Origin: Spirogloea muscicola
Taxonomy: Eukaryota
Length of the DNA stretch: 19,366 nucleotides
Reading direction: 5' to 3'
Assembly (NCBI GenBank): GCA_009602725.1
Contig: WELB01000013.1
Location: 721,432-740,797, forward strand
Both the position numbers and the translations under genes were made by a program. Shown here in pieces: positions 1 to 7,433 of the stretch. A model generated the notes under the pieces. The model worked only from the letters and a program-made list of their open reading frames with translations, did no database searches and was not told the origin of the DNA. Each line of letters opens with the position of its first letter. The first letter of the stretch is position 1.

Positions 1-93
<93 letters not shown>

Positions 94-120
94 AGCCACC
101 AGTTAATCTGGCCGCGCTTG

Positions 121-146
<26 letters not shown>
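1..146. repeat. (CT)n microsatellites (1-90 and ~121-146) bracketing a 30-bp retroelement-derived motif
   Basis: Pure CT run from 1 to 90, then CCCAGCCACCAGTTAATCTGGCCGCGCTTG, then CT repeats again. The interrupting motif matches the reverse complements of 2893-2925 and 6516-6548. Confidence 0.95.
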
Positions 147-155
<9 letters not shown>

Positions 156-189
156 CTCCCTCTCTGCCCAACTCTTTGCCCCTATCTCT

Positions 190-395
190 CACTTCAGTCC
201 CAACCCCCTTTGCTTAGCGCTTTTCAGGCCCCTCCGCCATTTGGCCCCTTCGAAAACCATTGTCAATTCTTTTCGGGCTGGCTTTTCTCCCTTGCCCCCA
301 TTGGGAGTGCCACTTCTCGTTGGGCGAGCGCTTCTCTCTTTCACAGCCCTTGCCCAGACTGGGAGTGCCACTGCTTCTCCACTAGCTGTCTTCGC
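190..395 (+). mobile_element. Degenerate 3'-UTR fragment of the CRE-like retroelement family; boundaries approximate
   Basis: 240-318 (TTTGGCCCCTTCGAA..TTGTCAAT.CTTTTCGGGCTGGCTT..CCCTTGCCCCC.TTGGGAG..CCACTTCT) aligns by eye with the reverse complement of ~6800-6876. There is an internal duplication of CCTTGCCC...TGGGAGTGCCACT at ~290-314 and ~348-372. Confidence 0.7.
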
Positions 396-462
396 TTTAG
401 AGGGGCGAACTCGCTCACCTCCGCCCGCCACGCGCAAGCTGCCGGCAGCTGCCTAGTCAGTG

Positions 463-1712
463 ATGCATGCCCTGCCCTTCTCCTCGGTGCTCCACCGAGC
501 CGCCATAGTCGCAACCACCGCTGCAGCTACGTTTGCCCCGTCCCGCTCCGCTGCCTGGGCCTTGCACCGCCCCGTGCAGCTGCCCCGTGTGCTCAGGGCG
601 CGGCCGCTGACCACCCTCACGATGATGAGCGACCCCGCCACTGCCGCCGCCGCCACGGAGGCCCGCGAGGGCGACAAGCCGAAGCTCTTCTGCGCGTGGT
701 TCTGCCCCTTTGCGCAGCGCGCATGGATTGCGCTCGAGGAGAAGGGCGTGCCATATGAATATCTTGAGGTCGACCCATACGCTAAGCCACCGGAGCTTAT
801 GGCTGTCAACCCGCGCGGCCTTGTGCCGTCGCTAGAGCACCGCGACCACGGGCTCTACGAGTCCATGGTGCTCATGGAGTACATAGATGAGGCGTTTGAG
901 GGCCGCCGGCTGCTGCCACATGAACCCTTCTCACGCGCCGTCGCTCGAATCTGGATGGACTATGTCAACAAGAAGGTTGTGCCCACCTTCTACAGGTGAG
1001 CGCACTCCCACTATGCAGCCAGCTAGCAGCTCAGGGCTCGCAGCGCAGCGCCGAGCCCAGTTTGATGGCTGCTCCGCTGGCGGCACCAGCCGCAGCGGGT
1101 CAGGACTGACAGTGGCACTGGCGTTTCAGATTTCTGCAGTTCCAGGATGCTGAGAAGCAGGCAGAGGCTGGGCGCGAGCTGCTGCAGCACTACAAAGAGC
1201 TGTCGGCGGCCATGTTGGAGCTTGACCCTGAGGGACCCTACTTCATGGGCAAGGACTTCACGCTTGCCGACGTTGTCCTCACACCATGGGCAGTGCGCGA
1301 TCACGTCCTTATGCACTACCGAGGCTTCAGGTTGGCGGCTCCCAGTACAACAATCATTCAATCTTCTGCTTGGTCGCTCAGTATTTTGGCATGCAAAGCA
1401 CAGAGTGCAAAAGCATAAATGAGCCCCTTGAGCACAGCTATCTGATTCGCAATCAGCCCACTAGCAGACTGTTGCAAGTCCCCTGGTCTTGCAGCACAAT
1501 AATGCGCCTGTGTTTCTGCTTCTGGCAGGGTGCCTGAGACAACGGAGTTCCAGCGCTTCAACTTGTGGCTCGCAGCCGTGAAGGAACGGCCGAGCGTACG
1601 CGCGACGCTGGCAGACCCTGAGCGGCTGCAAGCTACGTACCAGCGCTATGCTGACAATACTGTGCAATCCGAGGTGGGGCGCGCCATCAACTCGGACCGA
1701 CCGCTGCCGTGA
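463..1712 (+). CDS. Cysteinyl glutathione S-transferase, omega/lambda-like, with probable N-terminal organellar transit peptide; exons 463-995, 1130-1330, 1529-1712
   Basis: The GST-N domain reads KLFCAWFCPFAQRAWIALEEKG...VNPRGLVPSL...LYESMVLMEYIDE. The GST-C domain reads GPYFMGKDFTLADVVLTPW. Two phase-2 GT-AG introns splice in frame to TGA at 1710-1712. The N-terminal extension is Ala/Ser/Thr/Arg-rich with few acidic residues. Confidence 0.9.
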
Positions 1713-2308
1713 AGTCCGTTGCGCGGGCCATCTATTGACCACCTCGTGCCGGTGTGCTGGAAGCAAGACCACAGAATGTCGCGCACGACAGCTACCCTCA
1801 TAATTTGCAACAATGAAGCTGCAGTTGTGCAGCAAGCATGGGTTGCTCGAGCAGTCGCCTCATGAGGTCAAGTTCAATTTGGACGCTCGCTGCCACTGGC
1901 AGAGCCAGTTGCATTCCCCATATTTGCCATGTTGTGCCGCTGCAGGAGGCACCACTACGGTGGTCCTGCCTTAAGCATGGCAGCAGACAGCCTGCAAGAG
2001 CGGCCATAAGAGAGGAAGCCACTGGCGCTTGCGGCATTGCTCTTGGGCCCCCTGCCCTGTGCTCGCCGTAGCACTCGGCCACACAGGCCTTCCATTGCTC
2101 AGTACACACTCCGATGTTCCTACGAGCCACCGTGGCAGCGGCGCGGCAAGGTGGTCCGGCGACCCTGACCAGCACTTGTGAAAAGCACGCAACATTCAAG
2201 GTCATAATAAACGAATGCGGCTGCTGATATTTAAAGAGCGGCTGTGAAAGCCAGCCAGATGCATACAGGCGTTCTTGACGGACAGGCTAGGCAGACAGGG
2301 CGCTCGTA

Positions 2309-2445
2309 GAGCCACTTCACACCGGACGAACGCACATTGGCCTCGAGTTGGCCTCGATTTGGCAAGGCTTTGACTCTGGGCGTTCCACACATCGCGCGAC
2401 ACGTACCCCTCGGCCGCGTCCGTCCGTCCAGGTGTGAACTGGGCC
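2309..2445. mobile_element. 137-bp degenerate PIF/Harbinger-type MITE inserted in the TAA stop codon of a retroelement 3' end
   Basis: The left end GAGCCACTTCACACCGGACG and right end CGTCCGTCCAGGTGTGAACTGGGCC resemble the TIR of 5881-6446. Flanks are GTA (2306-2308) and TTA (2446-2448). The paralogous empty site TAC-TAA-GAGCGCCC is at 5766-5779. 2378-2445 is homologous to the reverse complement of ~5881-5948. Confidence 0.75.
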
Positions 2446-2945
2446 TTAGTACCCCCGGGTCAGCAGTAGGAAGTCAGATGAGCTGAGGGGAGGAAGAGCG
2501 AAGAGCGCGCCCATAGAAAAGAGGGGCTGGCAAAGCCAGCCCAAAAAAGAATGGACAATGTCCAAAGCCAAAGCAAGAGGAGCCGGAGAAAGGACTACAC
2601 TACAACATACTGCAGAACACAGAAACGATGCAGAGGAAAGCTCAGTACCCACGAGTGAGCAACATCAGGTCTGAGTAGCTCGCTCGCTGAAGAGCAACAC
2701 CGCTGCGCAAGCCAGAGGCTGCTGCAAGGGCGCGACTGGCGCGGCGGTGCAAAGCAAGCGCTTGGGAGCGCTGGAGGGACATAGACAATCGCATGCGGTA
2801 GCAGGACACAAGACCCAAAGGCACCGAGCCTCCAGGAATTGCTGCACCCCGCCGGGTGGTCCCATAAAACGTAGTACCACGTAAGCTGAGAGGCAAGCGC
2901 AGCCAGATTGACTGGTGGCTGGGAGAAGCCAGCCCAAAAGGACTT

Positions 2946-5620
2946 TGAGTAACCTCTTGTCAGTAGATGCAAGTCGAAATAACTAGCAGGCGGATATGTC
3001 GCCCTGACGGAAGCCGGAGGCCGCTGCCAAAGCAGGCCTGCGCGCAAGTGAACCGCGAAGGCAAGGGACCGCTGCAAAGAGATGGCCAAGCGCATCCGAA
3101 GACCTGAGCGAGGGACCCGGTGACATTGAAGCCAGGCTGCTCGCCCTGCTGCCCGTGGCGGCGGGCCACTGCTCGCCGCGCAAGGCGGTGAAGCAGGTCA
3201 AGCCATTTGTGCCAAAGGCTCCGTGTACGTCGACTACGAGTGGGACAAACTCGTCGCCCACGGGGTAATCCGAGTCTTTCCGTTCCTTTGCGCCCGCCGC
3301 TTGGCGGACTGTGTAGCCCGCCAACTTCGACGAGCGTATGGTGTTCCTGGAATCAAAGCAGTCAGTCGTGACGACGTCGGCGATGAGCCGAGGCCCCCCG
3401 CCGAGCGCGCTGGCGACGAGATCGGCACGCCGGGTGTTGAGGTGGCCATCCGCCCTAGCCGTCGGAGGCATGATGCTGGAGTCCTCGAGCGCCACCACGT
3501 AACCGGCCTCGACAAAAACGCCGAACACGGCGATACAGGGCAGGTCGTGTGTGCCGGTCCGCTCCCCGCCCCGCGCGCACCTGATCATATGAGCTGCCAA
3601 CGATGCCGCGTCTGGGCTGCGCTCACCGCACTTGCACTGCTGTATTCCACCTAGGCAAGGTGGGTGGAGGCCGAGTAGGCGGTGCACAGCCGTGCGGTAT
3701 GCGTCGTCCAGCATCCGGAGCACGTCGTGGATCGGCAGGGCTGACAACCAAGCTGCCGCCCCTGGTGAGGATGCCGAGAACAGCCGCATGCGCCCCCGGA
3801 GGTCGTCCGGAGGCAAAAAGCCCCACGGCTGTGGTGAAGGAGGCCGCATCTACCTCCGCCATGTAGCGAGCTTGGGCCCGGAGGTCGGCCGTGCGCGCGA
3901 GGTGCGCGAACGAGACGGCCCGTGGCACCAGGGCGGGGTGATCCGCAAGCAGCACATCCCCGGCGGAGCGGAGAGCCGCCTGGAATGGCAGCATACCGGT
4001 CTCCACGTCCGATGCCGCGTGCTCCAGGAGGCGACCCCATGCCGGACGAAACGCTGGGCCACCGAAGCCGCAACCTGCGCCCAACTCCCCAGGTGTGCTG
4101 CCTGGCAGGCACGAGCCAGCGGACGGCAGCCCAGACCCCCGCGGCTCACAGGCAGGGAGGCCTGCTGAACTGCAGCCGGCGTCTCCAGGAAGGCCGGGTG
4201 TTGGACCAGGGCCGCTGTGCTGGCCAGGACACCTGCATCAAAGGTTGCATAGACGGCGTGCACCGCCGGGGAGGGGGGAAGGGCTCGAGCCAGGTACAGG
4301 GGACGTTGGGCAATGCTGCGGGTCAGTATGGCGAGCGCCAGCTGCATATCGTGCAGCTCAGGGAGGCGGGCCGCCGGCTTGAGGTGCTCCTGCAGCTTGC
4401 CGCGCAGCTGCTCGTCAACGAAGGCAGGTGAGCCCATGGAACCCCGAGGAGTGTGAGGCCCCCGGCTGGTGTTTGACAGCCAGTGGGCAGGCGGAAAGAA
4501 TGCGGCGGAGGAGGGCTGGCAAGCCCTGAGGGGACCAAGCTCTACACTTTGACGCTCGAATTTCCAGGCCGATCTCCTGCAGCTGCTCCTCGAGGGTGGC
4601 GAAGGCAGCCAGGACCTCTGGTTGCCCGACCAGGGTGGTGTCGTCCGCATACGTGGGCATGAGGACGCCCGGGTGAGCAGCTGCCGTGGCCTTCAGGGCG
4701 CGGTCGTGGGCCAGCGCACAGAAAGCAGTTGTCCATGGGGGGCGGGCTTCCCTTGACTTGCACCCCAAGTGGGTGGTGTTGGCGGTGGACGTCCGCAATG
4801 CCTTTAACTGCGTCGACCGCGCCGATGTCGCCGAGGAGCTCCGTGCGGCCTTCCCCGCCCTGCTGCTGTTTTTCCGGCTGGGCTACGGCCAGCCCAGTGA
4901 TATCCTATGGCGGCATGGAACCAGAGGAGTGGAGGTCCTCCAGTCTTCCACGGGCACGCGTCAGGGGACCCGCTGGCGGGGTTTTTATTTCCCGCCGCTC
5001 CGCAGGCCTGCGCCATATTGGTGCGGCGCCAGGTGCGTCTGGGCCGCATCGGCGTGCTGCTGCCAAAGTGCCCGTCCCACCAGGCGGTACAGGACCTCGC
5101 CAATGGCAATGGGGCGGACGCCGCCATTGTCCTTGCTGAGGGCCAGCAGGGTGCTGGCACAGAGCACACCGCGGATGCTGGCAGGGACGTAACCCTGGGC
5201 CATGTGTTGGCACACCTGGTGCAGCGCCCGAAAATCCGCCTCGTCCCCCTCGAGGAAAAGCTCCCTCAATGGCTCCGTAACCATGCGCGAGGGGCCGCCA
5301 GCGGCTGCTCGCCGGCTGCTCTGCAAGGCCTTGCGGAGGGCTGCCGCATCAAGGGATACCTTCTCCGGCGGGACGTAGGAAGCCAACCACGAAGGCAGGG
5401 GAGAGCGCGCCGGGGGGTGGAGGGACGAGAGGGGTTGCCGCGTGTCCTCAGTCGCCGGCGCCAACACCGAATCATCCAGCGCCTGGACGGCTCTCGAGAG
5501 CTCCCCAGCATGGCCATACCGGAGAGCGCAACGGACACTGGCCGCCCCAACTGGGAGGTGGCAAGCGGCTCCTCATGGACGTCGTCCTCACCAACAGCTT
5601 CCGGAAGAAGGGCCCCGTAA
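2946..5620 (-). pseudogene. Disrupted RT/zinc-knuckle/restriction-like endonuclease ORF of the retrotransposon
   Basis: Motifs are split over several frames (ORFs 4985-5467, 4415-4798, 4323-4538, 3850-4650, 3623-4084, 2983-3849, 2595-3095), indicating multiple frameshifts. An internal inversion is present, and the stop position after LLTRGY reads TCA in this copy. Confidence 0.85.
4718..4990 (+). other. 273-bp inverted segment of the reverse transcriptase coding region
   Basis: The plus strand reads AVVHG..WVVLAVDVRNAFNCVDR..SSTGTRQG/DPLAGFLF, while both flanks encode the adjoining RT sequence on the minus strand. Confidence 0.9.
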
Positions 5621-5649
5621 CTTCTGAGAACAGCTATGCCGTGAATGTG

Positions 5650-5868
5650 AAGCGCTTGCTTTGCACCGCCGCGCCAGTCGCGCCCTTGCAGCAGCCTCTG
5701 GCTTGCGCAGCGGGGTTGCTCTTCCTCCCCTCAGCTCATCTAACTTCCTACTGCTGACCCGGGGGTACTAAGAGCGCCCTGTCTGCCTAGCCTGTGGCTC
5801 CGTCAGGAACACCTGTATGCATCTGGCTGGCTTTCACAGCCGCTCTTTCAATATCAGCAGCCGCATTC
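5650..5868 (+). mobile_element. Inverted copy of the retroelement 3' end (C-terminal codons LLLTRGY*, plus ~100-nt tail)
   Basis: 5650-5724 equals the reverse complement of 2689-2763 (1 mismatch seen). 5718-5771 equals the reverse complement of 2446-2499 (1 mismatch seen). 5772-5868 is close to the reverse complement of 2213-2305. Confidence 0.9.
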
Positions 5869-5880
5869 CTGAAGGACTAA

Positions 5881-6446
5881 GGGCCAATTTACACCGGGAC
5901 GGTCGGACGAAAGGAGGGGTACGTGTCGCGCGGTGTATGGAACGCCCGGCTTTACAACCGTGCGCGCCCGGACGCTGCCGCGCGCCACGGAGGCGCCACA
6001 TCGGGCGCTGACTAGGACGTCTTTTGCCCCCATTTTGGAGGAAACGGCGCCGTTTGCCACATTTGCTGCTGACTAGGACGCCTTAGAACCCCGTTGAGAA
6101 AGCAAACGGCTCCGTTTGCCACAAGGGCGGACGGAACCGGGCCCTCCTCCCGAGCAGAGGGCCCAGTTCCGTCCACCCCCCCCTCCCCCGTTTGTACTAA
6201 TGTCACCTTAGGCACCTTACTTTAGGTCTCTATATTATGTAGCCTTGTTTAGTTTGCACTCGCCTCTGCTTGAACTGTGTATTGGCTTGAATTGGCCTCC
6301 CTTTTCATTTCATGCGCCCCGCGCGCCTTCCCCCCTTTCCGCACGTGCAGGCGGCCTCGGCTATCGTGGCCGCGTCCATCCCCCTGACGGGGCGGACGCC
6401 AGGCGTCTGCGTGCGTCTGTCCGTCCGTCCCGGTGTAAATTGGCCC
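5881..6446. mobile_element. 566-bp non-autonomous PIF/Harbinger (Tourist-like) MITE
   Basis: The TIR GGGCCAATTTACACCGGGACGG(T/A)CGGAC is 28 bp with 1 mismatch (5881-5908 and 6419-6446). TAA is duplicated on both sides (5878-5880, 6447-6449). No recognisable coding sequence lies inside. Confidence 0.92.
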
Positions 6447-6499
6447 TAAGACATCGGCTCCTGATGTCTTAGGCCAGCTGAGAGCGCATGAACCAGCTG

Positions 6500-7000
6500 A
6501 ACGACCAGGTACGAAGCAAGCGCGGCCAGAGTAAGTGGTGGCTGGGAGAGGCCAGCCCAAAGGAAAGGACAAGGTCTGAAGGAGCCGGAGTGCTAAGGAC
6601 TGAGACAGCAGCAAGCGAACTCTTAGTAACCTCTGGTCAGTAGATGCAAGTCTGAATAGCTAGCAGGCGGAAAGACGTCGCCCTGACGGAAGCCGGAGGC
6701 CGCCGCCAAAGCGCGGGCTGCGCGCAAGTGGACCGCGAAGGCAAGGGACCGCTGCAAAGAGATGGCCAAGCGCATCCGGAAGACAGGTCCGCGGTGGAAG
6801 AAGTGGGTCTCCCAAGGGGGGCAAGGGCTGTGAGAAGCCAGCCCGAAAAGTATTGACAAGGTTCGAAGGGGCCAAACTACGAGCTAAGCAGCGACTTCGG
6901 GACCTGAAGAGGCTATGGCAGAACGGGGGAGGATGGACCACTCAGTAGTTACGAAGTGAGGAGCCTCGAATACGACAGACTAACTGCCGGATACCCAGCA
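6500..7000 (-). mobile_element. Two further tandem 3'-end fragments of the CRE-like family; outer boundaries approximate
   Basis: 6623-6783 encodes RMRLAISLQRSLAFAVHLRA..SYSDLHLLTRGY* and closely resembles 2949-3100. A more degenerate SYS.LLT.RNY* ends at 6942. Each is followed by a UTR carrying the GGGCTGGC..CAGCC motif. Confidence 0.75.
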
Positions 7001-7148
7001 ACCGCGGTGGAGGGGGACCAACCACCTAGTAACTCTGAAACCGTGACTCGAGCGAATCTCCACCCCGTAACGAAAGGGGAGGAAATTTTTTCGTTGACGA
7101 GATAGCCACGCGGGCCTCGCGGGCGCCCCTGCCGGATCGGCGGGCGCC

Positions 7149-7397
7149 ATGGCGGCCATGGCGCCGCCCTCGGCGCGGCTGGCTGCCGCCGCCGNNNNNN
7201 NNNNNNNNNNNNNNNNNNNNNNNNNNNNNNNNNNNNNNNNNNNNGGCGGCGGCGGCAGGGGCGCGGCCGCCGCCGGGCCGCCGTCAGCGCCGAATGCCGG
7301 GGGCCTGATCGACCTCAACCCCCCCCGCGGCACGCGCGACTTCCCGCCCGAGGACATGCGCCTCCGGGCGTGGCTCTTCGGCCACTTCCGCGAGGTC

Positions 7398-7433
<36 letters not shown>

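Larger units (their letters stand above)
2213..5645 (-). mobile_element. 5'-truncated CRE-clade-like non-LTR retrotransposon (RLE type) with stacked 3'-end copies
   Basis: Domain order on the minus strand is GELSRAVQALD (~5500), AAGGPS, LLALSKDNGGVRPIAIGEVLYRL, PHQYGAG, [inverted core], YADD (4640-4651), GLTLLGVP, ASLPVSRGGLG, AAAWLSALP, CKC..H..RC zinc knuckle (~3636-3575), RADLV..IADVV..AKERK..FVPLVVDVHG endonuclease, RLAISLQR..LLTRGY. No LTR, integrase, tyrosine recombinase or APE domain is visible. Confidence 0.85.

Noticed and set aside
1798..2205. ORFs of 74-135 aa downstream of GST
   Set aside because: No recognisable motif or supportable exon structure.
2221..2256. CTGATA...GAAA hammerhead-like core, or 5S/tRNA/snoRNA identity for the tail module
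   Set aside because: There is no CUGANGA core, no A/B boxes, and no convincing C/D or H/ACA layout by eye.
3223..4431. Plus-strand ORFs of 87-178 aa over the retroelement
   Set aside because: They are antisense shadows of GC-rich coding sequence.
2213..5868. DIRS, Penelope or LTR element suggested by terminal repeats
   Set aside because: No tyrosine recombinase, RNase H, GIY-YIG or integrase is visible. The RT plus CCHC plus restriction-like endonuclease motifs fit an RLE non-LTR element.
6007..6123. CRISPR-like repeat-spacer pattern
   Set aside because: There are only two units, inside a eukaryotic MITE, and no cas genes.
6903..6971. Hammerhead-like CTGAAGA...GAA with GAGGCT/AGCCTC pairing
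   Set aside because: The stem register overlaps the core, GAAA is GAAT, and no stems I/III were found. The region is explained as a degenerate retroelement 3' end.
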